From positions 195,499-259,498 of the forward strand of contig CBDFIB010000004.1 in the NCBI GenBank assembly GCA_965247925.1: a stretch of 64,000 nucleotides of DNA, in the 5' to 3' direction. The position numbers were made by a program, and so were the translations under genes. Below are positions 17,068-25,920 of the stretch, one piece after another. Every line of letters starts with the position of its first letter. Within the stretch, counting starts at the first letter, position 1. The DNA comes from Dehalococcoidia bacterium. Its GTDB lineage: Bacteria; Chloroflexota; Dehalococcoidia; UBA2979. Under the pieces are notes generated by a model, which worked only from the letters and a program-made list of their open reading frames with translations, was not told the origin of the DNA and did not search any database.

Positions 17068-18323
17068 GCGCCTCCTGCCGCGGCCGCGGCGGGCGCCCGC
17101 CGCGCCTCGTAGGCCTCGAAGAATGCGTCGCTGCGGGCGGGCACGTGCAGCGGGCTGGAGAGGCCGCCCTGCAGCGCCTCGGTGGTCTTGAGGCCGCCGC
17201 CGGTGATGAAGGCGACGGTCTCCTCGCCGGGCGCGATCTGGCCGCGTTCGGCCATGTGCTTGAGGCAGGCGATCGTGGTGCCGCCCGCCGTCTCGGCGAA
17301 GATGCCCTCGGTCTCCGCGAGCAGCTTCATGCCCTCGACGATCTCCGCGTCCGTGGCCATCGCCGCGACGCCGTTCGTCTCCTCCAGCGTCTTGAGCGCA
17401 TAGTACCCGTCCGCCGGGTTGCCGATCGCGATCGAGCGCGCGATCGTGTTCGGCTTCTGCGGCCGGAAGTTGAGCGTGCCCTCCTCGAAGGCGGTCGCGA
17501 TCGGCGAGCAGCCGGTCGCCTGCGCGCCCGACATGCGCGTCCGCGGCTCGTCGATCAGGCCGACCTGGTGCAGCTCCTTGAAGCCCTTCCAGATCTTCGT
17601 GAAGAGCGAGCCCGAGGCCATCGGCACCACGCAGTGGTCCGGTGTGCGCCAGCCGAGCTGCTCGGCCACCTCGAAGGCGAGCGTGCGCGAGCCCTCGGCG
17701 TAGTAGGGCCGCACGTTGATGTTGACGAAGGCCCACGGCTTGGACTGCGCGACCTCGGTGCAGAGCCGGTTCACGTCGTCGTAGGAGCCCTCGACCATCA
17801 CGAGGGTCGGGTTGTAGACGCCGCTGCCGACGACCTTGCCCTCCTCGAGGTCTTGCGGGATGAAGACGATCGTCTCCATGCCGGCGCGCGCGCCGTGCGC
17901 GGCGACGGAGTTGGCGAGGTTGCCGGTGCTGGCGCAGGCGATGCCCGTGTAGCCGAACTCGCGCGCCTTCGCGATCGCGACGGCGACGACGCGGTCCTTG
18001 AACGACCACGTCGGGTTGACGGTGTCGTTCTTGATCCAGAGCCGCTCGATGCCCAGCGCGTCCGCCAGGCGGTCGGCGCGGAGCAGCGGCGTGAACCCCG
18101 CTGCGAGGTCTACGCGGTACTCGGGATCGGAGGGCAGCAGATCGGCGTAGCGCCAGAGCGTGGCCGGGCCGGCGGCGATCGACTCGCGGGAGATCGCGTT
18201 GGCGATGCCCTCGTAGTCGTAGTCGACCTCGAGGGGGCCGAAGCAGAACTCGCAGAAGAAGATCGGTTTGAGCGGGAACTCGCGACCGCACTCGCGGCAG
18301 CGCAGGGATTGTTCGAAGGACAT
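17064..18323 (-). CDS. Threonine synthase-family PLP enzyme with N-terminal zinc ribbon (candidate O-phosphohomoserine sulfhydrylase / homocysteine synthase rather than canonical ThrC)
   Basis: CRECGREF...CEFCFG zinc ribbon. SFKDR PLP-lysine motif and the ThrC fold. Operon context with NIL + MoaD-like carrier. Confidence 0.85.
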   Translation of the reverse strand: MSFEQSLRCRECGREFPLKPIFFCEFCFGPLEVDYDYEGIANAISRESIAAGPATLWRYADLLPSDPEYRVDLAAGFTPLLRADRLADALGIERLWIKNDTVNPTWSFKDRVVAVAIAKAREFGYTGIACASTGNLANSVAAHGARAGMETIVFIPQDLEEGKVVGSGVYNPTLVMVEGSYDDVNRLCTEVAQSKPWAFVNINVRPYYAEGSRTLAFEVAEQLGWRTPDHCVVPMASGSLFTKIWKGFKELHQVGLIDEPRTRMSGAQATGCSPIATAFEEGTLNFRPQKPNTIARSIAIGNPADGYYALKTLEETNGVAAMATDAEIVEGMKLLAETEGIFAETAGGTTIACLKHMAERGQIAPGEETVAFITGGGLKTTEALQGGLSSPLHVPARSDAFFEAYEARRAPAAAAAGGA

Positions 18324-18545
18324 GGCAGGAATGCTCCGGGCTGCGGTAGGGGTGACGCGAGGGGCGCCCGCCTGACCCCGCCGCTGGCGGGGCGAGCGGG
18401 CTAGCGCATCACCATGGAGCCCCGGTCGTACCGGTGCACCGCGGCAGCGTCGAGGAGCAAGAGCTGTCGTTCGCTCATCGTGTCCGCTTCCGCGCCGTGC
18501 GCTCGCGCCGCTGGCCGCGCACGGGGCGCGGGCCGTGCGTCGAGG

Positions 18546-18830
18546 CTATGAACGCCTCCTGTTGCTGTCAACAGCACACGTCGCCGCCATCATCGCACGC
18601 CGCACCGCGCCGGCGTCGATGCGGCCCTCGCTGACCTCGCAGCCGTCGACGGCGATGACGGGCACGCGATCGCCGTAGCGGGCGGCCAGCGCCGCGTCGG
18701 CGTCCACGTCGCGCTCGCGCAGATCGAAGGCGAACTCGCGGCCGAGGCGGCGCAGTGCGTCGCGGGCGTGCGCGCAGGGGCCGCAGCCCTCGCGGCCGTA
18801 GAGCACGACCTGCGGCGCGGCCTCGGTCAC
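18546..18830 (-). CDS. Glutaredoxin-like protein (CGPC active site)
   Basis: VVLYGREGCGPCAHARDALRR...VPVIAVDG. GTG start at 18830 overlaps the lgt stop (GTGA). Confidence 0.7.
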   Translation of the reverse strand: MTEAAPQVVLYGREGCGPCAHARDALRRLGREFAFDLRERDVDADAALAARYGDRVPVIAVDGCEVSEGRIDAGAVRRAMMAATCAVDSNRRRS

Positions 18831-19693
18831 CGCCGGGCGGCGAGCATCCGCCCGACCAGCGGCAGGCGCTCGAGCGGCGCGGGCCCATCGATCGGCGGGC
18901 GGGTCGCGAAGTACCAGACGGCCGGCAGCGAGGCGAGCACGGCGAGCAGCGAGACCAGCTGCGGGACGCGCAGATCGAGCAGGAACGTCTCGCTGGAGTC
19001 GACACGCAGGTAGGTGAGGAAGAAGCGCATCACCGCGTAGCCGATCAGGTAGGCGCAGAAGGTCAGCCCCGGCCGCCGCCAGAGCGCGCCGAACATCAGC
19101 ACGAACAGCGCCCCGAGGATCACGAGGTCGCCGATCAGCTCGTACGTCGTCGCCGGGTGGTGCGGCCCGACGGCGAGCGAGTGCACGAAGGCCGGCGAGT
19201 CCAGGTGCGTGTAGAAGACGGCCCATGGCAGGTCGCTCGCGTTCGCGAGGTGCTCGCCGTTGACGAGGTCGCCAAGGCGCCCGGTCGCCTGCCCGAGGAT
19301 GATCCCGAAGCTGGCGATGTCCAGGCCTCGGGCAATCGGGTAGCCCTTCCAGAGTCCGAAGGCCAGCGCGCCGCCGACACCACCGAGGATCGCACCCCAG
19401 ATCGAGATGCCGCCCTCGGTGATGCGGATCATCGCGACGGGGTCGCCGCTGAACCGCGACCAGTGCTCGATCACGAAGAGCGCCCGCGCCCCGACGATCC
19501 CGCTCGGCACGCCGACGAGGGCGAGCGTGTAGGCGTCGTCATAGTCGTAGTCGACGACCTTCGCGAGCATCAGCGAGAGCCGCACGCCGGCGAAGATCCC
19601 GATCGCGGTGAAGAGCCCGTGCCAGGTCAGCAGCAGCCCGCCGATCTTCGTGATGCTCGGATCCCACGGGATCTCGATCGAGAGGATCGGCAT
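18827..19693 (-). CDS. lgt: Prolipoprotein diacylglyceryl transferase
   Basis: Lgt signature G...GGxxG...RLGDLVNGEH, multi-TM. Confidence 0.9.
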   Translation of the reverse strand: MPILSIEIPWDPSITKIGGLLLTWHGLFTAIGIFAGVRLSLMLAKVVDYDYDDAYTLALVGVPSGIVGARALFVIEHWSRFSGDPVAMIRITEGGISIWGAILGGVGGALAFGLWKGYPIARGLDIASFGIILGQATGRLGDLVNGEHLANASDLPWAVFYTHLDSPAFVHSLAVGPHHPATTYELIGDLVILGALFVLMFGALWRRPGLTFCAYLIGYAVMRFFLTYLRVDSSETFLLDLRVPQLVSLLAVLASLPAVWYFATRPPIDGPAPLERLPLVGRMLAARR

Positions 19694-19773
19694 CGCGCCC
19701 CCTTCGCCTGGCTGCGCTCCGGCTGCCCGCGGCAGTGTACGGCCCGGCGGCCTCGTCAGCCTCCCGAGGCGGA

Positions 19774-20667
19774 TCAGTTCCCGTCGAGGCCGAACAGCTT
19801 CAGATAGAGCACCCGCACCTCAGTGGGTGGCAGCCCGTCGCCGAGGAAGGAGTCGTCGATCCGCACCTCGGCGTGGAGGTGCAGCTCCGTGCCCGGCGCG
19901 GTGATCGCCTCCGGCGTGCCGGACTCCCCGACGCCGCCGATCACCTGGTCCTGCTCGACCTCGACGCCCTCCTCGATGCCCTCGGCGATCTCGCGGAGGT
20001 GCGCGTAGCGGGTGACGACGCCGTTGCCGTGGTCGATCCAGATCTGGCGTCCGCGGTAGATGTCGAGGGTCGGCTCGTCGGTGTAGCCCTGCTCCGCGGT
20101 GCGCCTCGAGAACTCGTTGATCTGCTCGATCGTGATCTCGACGTAGTCGAGGTCGGCGCGGATCACGATGCCCCGGTGCATCGCCATCACCGGCGTGCCC
20201 CCGGTGACGTGCGCGCAGGCGAGGCCACCGTACCAGTCGATGCCCTCGTGGAAGCCGTTGCGGTACTCGCGCGGCGCGTTCGGCATCAGCCGGTCCGAGG
20301 CGGGCAGACAGCCGCCCTCGACCGGGACGGCGAAGCCGCGCAGATCCTCCGGGTCGAGCGTCGAGGGGTACGGCGTCGGCGTAACGGGGGTCGGATCCGG
20401 CGTGGGCGTGGGCGTGGGCGTGGGCGTCGCGGTAGCGGTCGACGTGGGCCTCGGCGTGAGCGTGGGCGTCGCGGTTGGGTTCAGCGTCGGCGTCGCTGTC
20501 TCCGTCGGCGCAGGCGTGGGCGTGGGCGTCGCGCTGGCGGCCACGGGCGGCTCGTCATCCGGGCGCAACCGGGAGCAGGCGACGATCAGCGCGCCACCGA
20601 GCAGCACGCCGAGGAACGTGCGCCTCGAAAGGCTGCGGCTCGATCGATTGGAACCCGTCGCTGTCAC
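19774..20667 (-). CDS. Secreted M23-family peptidase lipoprotein with Pro/Thr-rich linker
   Basis: GTG 20667 with GGAGG 8 nt upstream. RRTFLGVLLGGALIVACS lipobox signal, PT-rich linker, M23 motifs (HEGIDW...HGNG...HLHAEV). Confidence 0.75.
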   Translation of the reverse strand: MTATGSNRSSRSLSRRTFLGVLLGGALIVACSRLRPDDEPPVAASATPTPTPAPTETATPTLNPTATPTLTPRPTSTATATPTPTPTPTPDPTPVTPTPYPSTLDPEDLRGFAVPVEGGCLPASDRLMPNAPREYRNGFHEGIDWYGGLACAHVTGGTPVMAMHRGIVIRADLDYVEITIEQINEFSRRTAEQGYTDEPTLDIYRGRQIWIDHGNGVVTRYAHLREIAEGIEEGVEVEQDQVIGGVGESGTPEAITAPGTELHLHAEVRIDDSFLGDGLPPTEVRVLYLKLFGLDGN

Positions 20668-20726
20668 GGGCCGCGCCTCCGTACGGCCCCCGCCGTCTAC
20701 AGGATCGGGCGCTGGCGAGGAGCGCG

Positions 20727-21506
20727 TCAAACGCCGCCCGCGCGCCGGCTGCGCCGTCGGGCAACCGCCGCGGCCGTCCGATGCGCGCGCTCCGCGTACG
20801 GGTCCGCGATCTCGGGCAGCGAAGGCTCCTCGCCGTAGCGGTGGCGCAGGGCGGCGCGGATCAGGTGATCCGTGAGCGCCGGGTTGCGAGGCAACAGCGA
20901 GCCGTGCAGGTAGGTGCCGATCGCCTCGCGCACGCGCGCGCCCTCGACGCCGTCCGCGCCGTTGTTGCCGTAGCCGAACTCGACGTGCGCGAACGGCTCG
21001 GCGGCCGGACCGAGGTAGGAACGGCCACCGTGGTTCTCGAAGCCGACGACCTCGCCAACGCCCTCCACCGTCGAGCGCGCGAGCACGTCGCCGATGCAGC
21101 GATCCTCGTCGCGCGGCGGCGCGACGGTGGTGACGTCGAAGACGCCGACACCGGGCAGCTCCTCGCCCTCGGCGGTGCGGTACCAGCGACCGAAGAGCTG
21201 GAAGCCGCCGCAGACCGCGAGCATGGCGGCGTCCTCGTCGACCCAGGCGCGCAGCGTGCCGGCGTGACGCGCGAGGTCGGGCGCGGCACGGCGCTGCTCG
21301 CGGTCCTGGCCGCCGCCGATCAGCACCAGGTCCGCCTCCTCGGGCAGCGGGTCGCCGAGCGTGACGCGGGTGACCTCGCAGCCCACGCCGAGCGCGGCGC
21401 AGCGCGCCTCGAGCGCGATCACGTTGCCGCGATCGGCGTAGACGTTCATCAGCTCCGGGTAGAGCCAGACCACGCGGATCGCCCGGCGCTCCGCCTCGGC
21501 GCTCAT
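20727..21506 (-). CDS. gatD: Lipid II isoglutaminyl synthase, glutaminase subunit (GATase1-like)
   Basis: CobB/CobQ-like class-I glutamine amidotransferase (AVCGGFQLFG catalytic Cys). ATGA overlap with murT upstream. Confidence 0.8.
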   Translation of the reverse strand: MSAEAERRAIRVVWLYPELMNVYADRGNVIALEARCAALGVGCEVTRVTLGDPLPEEADLVLIGGGQDREQRRAAPDLARHAGTLRAWVDEDAAMLAVCGGFQLFGRWYRTAEGEELPGVGVFDVTTVAPPRDEDRCIGDVLARSTVEGVGEVVGFENHGGRSYLGPAAEPFAHVEFGYGNNGADGVEGARVREAIGTYLHGSLLPRNPALTDHLIRAALRHRYGEEPSLPEIADPYAERAHRTAAAVARRRSRRAGGV

Positions 21507-22972
21507 CGCTCCCGCTCCGCTGCCCAGTAGGGCGCGATCCCGCTGCCGGCGGCGATGATCTCACGCAACTCGATCATCGCCGTGTACGTCGGCACTACCT
21601 CCAGGCGCGCCCCGGTTGGCAGCCGTCGCAGCGCCTCGTCGAGCGCGGTCGCGCGATGCGGCTGCACGAGGTCCACCGGCACGCCGGCGAGCCGCAGGCG
21701 CAGCGCGAGGTCGTCGGCGCGGTCGCCGCTGACGACGACGCTCGCGGCGTGGCCGGCGAGCAGCTCGAAGTCGGCGTCGTAGATCCACGACACGTCGCGC
21801 CCGTCCTGGATGCCGTCGTTCAGCGCGGCGAGGATGTGCAGCCGCGGCTCCGGCCCGGCTTCCGGGACGAGCCCGGAAGCCGTGAGGGCGCGCAGCACGG
21901 CGTTCATCCCGGCGGGGTTCTTCGCCAGCCAGAGCCGCACCTCGCGGCCGCGCAGGTCGAAGCGCTCCTGCCGTCCGAAGGCCGGGCCCGCAGCCGCGAG
22001 CGCCCTCGCGACCACGGCGGCAGGCAGTCCGAGCGCATGCGCCGCCGCGGCAGCGCCGAGCGCGTTGTAGATCGGATACAGCCCCTGCAACGGGAGCTCG
22101 ACGGCCAGCCGCTCGCCCGCGAGATCGAGGACGAAGCGCGAGCCGTCCTCGAACTCCTCGATCTCGTGCGCCGCGACGAGCGGGCGCGGGCGCGTCCGGC
22201 CGCACGAGTCGCAGCGCCAGCGCCCGGCGTGGGCCACGAAGATCGCGTCGTAGCGGAAGGCCGCGCCGCAGCGGCAGAAGCGCGCGTCCGAGGCGTGGTC
22301 GGGGCCGCCGCGGGCGACGCCCTGGTCCTCGATGCCGAACGTCACCAGCTCGCCCCGCCCGGCATCGGCCAGCGGCGCGATCGAGGGGTCGTCCGCGTTC
22401 AGCACGAGCGTCGCGCCCGAGGTGTCGGCGATCAGCATCCGCTCCCAACCCTCGGCGACAGAGTCGACCTCGCCGTAGCGATCGAGCTGATCGCGGAAGA
22501 GGTTGAGGAAGACAATCGCGCGCGGGCGGAGCGCGGGCAGCAGCGGCGGCAGCGCCGCCTCGTCCACCTCGAGTACGCCGAGGCGCCCTCGGACCCCGTT
22601 GCTCCGCTCTGCGAGGAACGCGGAAACAATGCCGCGTTCGAGGTTGGAGCCGGAGCGGTTGGCGATCACGTCGATGCCGGCCGCGCGCGCAATCCCGGCC
22701 AGCAGGTGCGAGGTGGTGGTCTTGCCGTTGGTGCCGGTGACGACCACCGTGCCCGCCCCGGCGCGGCGCACGAGTTGCGCGGTGATGTCGGGCGCGATCG
22801 TCGCGGCGACCAGGCCGGGCAGCGCCGTGCCGCCGCCGCGCCCGAGGCGTCGTGAGGCCTCGGCGGCCGCGGCCCCGGCGAGCAGCGCCACGCCCGTCCG
22901 CAGCCTGTTGGTCACCCTTCCGAGCGTCGCCATCTCACTCCGGGGGTCGTCGCGACCCGCGATCTGCAGCAT
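21503..22972 (-). CDS. murT: Lipid II isoglutaminyl synthase, Mur-ligase-family subunit (with Cys-rich insert and DUF1727-like C-terminus)
   Basis: GTNGKTTT P-loop. CRCG...CDSCG zinc ribbon typical of MurT. Coupled to gatD. The start may be ATG 22933 instead. Confidence 0.85.
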   Translation of the reverse strand: MLQIAGRDDPRSEMATLGRVTNRLRTGVALLAGAAAAEASRRLGRGGGTALPGLVAATIAPDITAQLVRRAGAGTVVVTGTNGKTTTSHLLAGIARAAGIDVIANRSGSNLERGIVSAFLAERSNGVRGRLGVLEVDEAALPPLLPALRPRAIVFLNLFRDQLDRYGEVDSVAEGWERMLIADTSGATLVLNADDPSIAPLADAGRGELVTFGIEDQGVARGGPDHASDARFCRCGAAFRYDAIFVAHAGRWRCDSCGRTRPRPLVAAHEIEEFEDGSRFVLDLAGERLAVELPLQGLYPIYNALGAAAAAHALGLPAAVVARALAAAGPAFGRQERFDLRGREVRLWLAKNPAGMNAVLRALTASGLVPEAGPEPRLHILAALNDGIQDGRDVSWIYDADFELLAGHAASVVVSGDRADDLALRLRLAGVPVDLVQPHRATALDEALRRLPTGARLEVVPTYTAMIELREIIAAGSGIAPYWAAERER

Positions 22973-23021
22973 GCGCTGCGTCAGCCCTGCTACGTCGATG
23001 GTACGAAACCGGAGCGGCCGG

Positions 23022-23046
23022 ACAAGCGAAAGCCCGGCACACTTCC
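23022..23046 (-). terminator. Putative intrinsic terminator after tatA
   Basis: On the coding strand: GCCCGGC-GCGGAAGUGU-GCCGGGC followed by UUUCGCUUGUC. Confidence 0.45.
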
Positions 23047-23088
23047 GCGCCGGGCCTGTTGTTCGCGCTCAGCCTCGCTGCCGCGAGG

Positions 23089-23331
23089 TCAGCCCGAAGA
23101 TTCCTTCTCGGTCGCTGCGGCGTTGGACTCATCGTCTGCCGCATCGCTGCTCGCTGCGTCCGCCGGCGCGTCGTCCTCGGACTCGCTGTCCGGACTCGAC
23201 GCTTCCTGCCGGAACTCGCGAATGCCGCGCCCGAGCGCGCCGCCGAGGTCGGCGACGCGGCTCGCCCCGAAGATCAGAGCGACGATCACGAGCACGATCA
23301 GCAATTCCTGCCAGCCCAGACCACCGATCAT
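23089..23331 (-). CDS. tatA: Twin-arginine translocase subunit TatA/E
   Basis: MIGGLGWQELLIVLVIVALIFGASRV..., acidic C-terminal tail. Confidence 0.85.
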   Translation of the reverse strand: MIGGLGWQELLIVLVIVALIFGASRVADLGGALGRGIREFRQEASSPDSESEDDAPADAASSDAADDESNAAATEKESSG

Positions 23332-23412
23332 CGATCAGCCCCCTCCGACGCCCGCGTCCGCCACCGTGCAGGTGGACGCCGACAGGCGAATCGTACCACG
23401 CAGATGCCGCGG

Positions 23413-23730
23413 CTAGTCCGCGATCCTCTCGATGAATACGTCCATGATGCCGCCACAGATCTTGTCGTCGCCCTCGACGTCCTCGGTGAGGTCGACGGTG
23501 ACGACGCGCGGGCGGCCGTCGGCCATCGTCTCCATCGCTTCCTGCCAGACCTCGGCCTCGCCGCAGCCGCCGCCGATGGTGCCGCGGAAGCTGCCGTCCG
23601 GGCGCAGCAGCAGCTGCGCTCCGGGGCTGCGAGGCGTCGAGCCGCGCGCGTCGGCGACGGTCGCCAGCACGCGGCGCTCCCCACGCTCCTGCGCTTCACG
23701 AATCTCGGCGTACAGCTCCGCGTCGGCCAT
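23413..23730 (-). CDS. XdhC/CoxI N-terminal-domain-only protein
   Basis: MADAELYAEIREAQERGERRVLATV...GTIGGGCGEAEV matches the XdhC_CoxI N-domain only. About 105 aa from ATG 23730. Confidence 0.6.
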   Translation of the reverse strand: MADAELYAEIREAQERGERRVLATVADARGSTPRSPGAQLLLRPDGSFRGTIGGGCGEAEVWQEAMETMADGRPRVVTVDLTEDVEGDDKICGGIMDVFIERIAD

Positions 23731-23809
23731 CGTTGCGTCGTCCCGTCCGGCTTCCCGCCCTGTCGTACCGACCCAGTCTAGCAGCGCGAGCGCCACGCAG
23801 TCCTCGGCG

Positions 23810-24679
23810 CTACGTCCCCTGCGCGGGCGCGCGGCCCTTGACCTGGCGCATCGGCAGGCCTGTCCCGCCGCGCTGCAGCATCACCATCTCCGCGAGGATG
23901 GCGAGCGCGATCTCCTCCGGCGTCTCCGCGCCGATGTCCAGCCCGATCGGCGTGCGCACCGCCTCGAGGTCCTCACGCGGCAAGCCCTCGTCGATCAGAT
24001 GCTGAACCACGGTGCTGGTGCGGCGGCGGCTGCCGATCATGCCGACGTAGGCCGCGCCGCGCCCGATCGTGCGGCGCAGCGCGAGCTCGTCGACCTGGTG
24101 GCCGCGCGAGACCATCACGGCGTACGTCCGCCCGTCGATCGCGAGGGTGTCGAGCACCTCGTCGACCTCGCCGGCGATCACCTCGCTGGCCATCGGGAAA
24201 CGCTCGCTGTTCGCGAACTCCTCGCGGTCGTCGACGACCGTGACCTGGAAGCCGAGCGTCGAGCCGATGGTGGCGAGCGCGAGGCCGACGTGCCCGCCAC
24301 CGACGATCAGCAGCCGGCCGGGCGCCTCGAAGACCTCGAGCATGACGCGGCCGTCGCCGGCCCGCGCACGTGAGCGGCGCGTGACGAGGTCGCCGTCCGC
24401 GCGCACGTAGACGGTCTGCGCCTCGATGCGTGGGCGGGCGGAGAGCGCCGCGCGTCCCGCCGCGGCGACCGCGTCATCGATCGCGGCTGGACCGAGGGCG
24501 CCAAGCGTCGAGCCGCCGGCGCGCACGAGCAGCTTCGCCCCGAGCCGCAGGCCATCCTGCTCGCCGGGGTCGATCACCGTCGCGACGGCAACGGCGGGGC
24601 CACCGGCCAGAGCGGCCTCGATCTCCGCGACGAACCGCGCCCTCACGTCCTCGTGCTCTGCTGCCTGTGAATCGCTCAT
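23810..24679 (-). CDS. xdhC: XdhC-family molybdoenzyme maturation factor (XdhC_CoxI + Rossmann XdhC_C)
   Basis: N-domain VAVATVIDPGEQ...; C-domain LLIVGGGHVGLALA. Confidence 0.75.
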   Translation of the reverse strand: MSDSQAAEHEDVRARFVAEIEAALAGGPAVAVATVIDPGEQDGLRLGAKLLVRAGGSTLGALGPAAIDDAVAAAGRAALSARPRIEAQTVYVRADGDLVTRRSRARAGDGRVMLEVFEAPGRLLIVGGGHVGLALATIGSTLGFQVTVVDDREEFANSERFPMASEVIAGEVDEVLDTLAIDGRTYAVMVSRGHQVDELALRRTIGRGAAYVGMIGSRRRTSTVVQHLIDEGLPREDLEAVRTPIGLDIGAETPEEIALAILAEMVMLQRGGTGLPMRQVKGRAPAQGT

Positions 24680-24735
24680 CGCTGCCTCATGGTCGCGATC
24701 ATATCGCCGCGCGTCGTGATGCGCGCACGGCCTGC

Positions 24736-25827
24736 CTAGATGTTGAAGAGCACGTGCAGCACGTCGCCGTCCTGCACCACGTAGTCGCGGCCCTCGGTGT
24801 GCAGGCGGCCGAGGCGGCGCAGTTGCGCCTCGCTGCCCGCCTCGAGCAGCTCGTCCCAGCGCGAAACCTCGGCGCGGATGAAGCCGCGCTCGATATCGCT
24901 GTGGATGCGCCCCGCCGCCTCCAGGGCCGTGCCGCCGCGGCGCAGCGTCCAGGCGCGCGCCTCGTGATCGCCAACCGTGAGGAAGGAGTGCACGCCCAGC
25001 AGCTCGTAGACCTCGTGGATCACGCGGTCGAGCGGCGAGAGCTCCGGCAGGCCCAGTTCGAGGCGGAACGCGGCCGCCTCGTCCGGCTCCATCTGCGCCA
25101 GCTCGGCCTCGATGCGCGCGCTGAGCGCGACGACGGCGACGCCAGGCGCCGCGTGCCGCGCCGCGTACTCCGCCTCGATCTCCTCGAGCCTCGGCAGATC
25201 GTCCTCGTCGACGTTGACGAGGATCAGCAGCGGCCGGCGCGTCGCGAACTGGTAGCGGGCGAGCAGTCGCCGCTCGCCCGCGCTGAGGTCGAGTGCGCGC
25301 AGCGCGCCGCCGGCCTCGAGGGCCACGCGCAGGTGCAGCAGCAGCGCCCGATCCTGCTCCAGCGGCCCGCGCTCGCCGGCGGGGAGGGAACGCAGCTCCG
25401 GCTCGATCCGCTCGATGCGGCGCTCGATCAGCGCGAGGTCGGCGTAGGTCAGCTCGAGCTGCATCGCCTCGATGTCGCGGTCGGCATCGACGCCGCCCTC
25501 GGGCGCGGGCACGGCGGGATTCCCGAAGGCGCGAGCGACGAGGACGAGCGCGTCCATCTGCGCCAGGTCCTGGAGCCGCTGCGCGTCCACCCCGGCCGTG
25601 TCGAAGGCGGCGGCCGGGTAGTCCGCGAGACGCAGCTCGGCGTAGGTGATGCGTTTCGAGCCCTCCTGCTCCGCGAGGCGGTCGAGCCGCTCGTCGGGCA
25701 CGCCCACCACGCCGAGCTTCGGCTCCAGGCGCGAGCTGTAGGCCCCGACCTCCGCCGCGCCGCGCGTAAGCGCGTTGAAGAGCGAGGTCTTGCCCGAACC
25801 CGGCAGCCCGACGATTGCGATGTCCAT
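24736..25827 (-). CDS. ychF: Ribosome-binding ATPase YchF (Obg-like)
   Basis: GLPGSGKTSLFNALT G1 motif. TGS-like C-terminus ...GDVLHVLFNI. Confidence 0.9.
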   Translation of the reverse strand: MDIAIVGLPGSGKTSLFNALTRGAAEVGAYSSRLEPKLGVVGVPDERLDRLAEQEGSKRITYAELRLADYPAAAFDTAGVDAQRLQDLAQMDALVLVARAFGNPAVPAPEGGVDADRDIEAMQLELTYADLALIERRIERIEPELRSLPAGERGPLEQDRALLLHLRVALEAGGALRALDLSAGERRLLARYQFATRRPLLILVNVDEDDLPRLEEIEAEYAARHAAPGVAVVALSARIEAELAQMEPDEAAAFRLELGLPELSPLDRVIHEVYELLGVHSFLTVGDHEARAWTLRRGGTALEAAGRIHSDIERGFIRAEVSRWDELLEAGSEAQLRRLGRLHTEGRDYVVQDGDVLHVLFNI

Positions 25828-25920
25828 GCCGCCAGCGTCGGACGGGCCGCGGGCTGGCGCAACGGCTAGCGGCGTTCGCCTTCCGCGCCGAGCGCGAGCA
25901 CGCGGAGCGTCTCCACGCGC

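Noticed and set aside
16819-18291. 490-aa ORF in the track.
   Set aside because: Only its last 82 codons (NIL domain, ATG 17067) are plausible. The remainder is an alternate frame of the ThrC-like gene.
18324-18545. SAM-I/SAM-IV riboswitch in the leader of the ThrC-like operon.
   Set aside because: Only fragments of the core (AUGAGCG, CCGCGGUG, GGUGAUG) are present. The P1 helix partners do not base-pair and a pseudoknot could not be drawn. It is kept only as a low-confidence leader/uORF observation.
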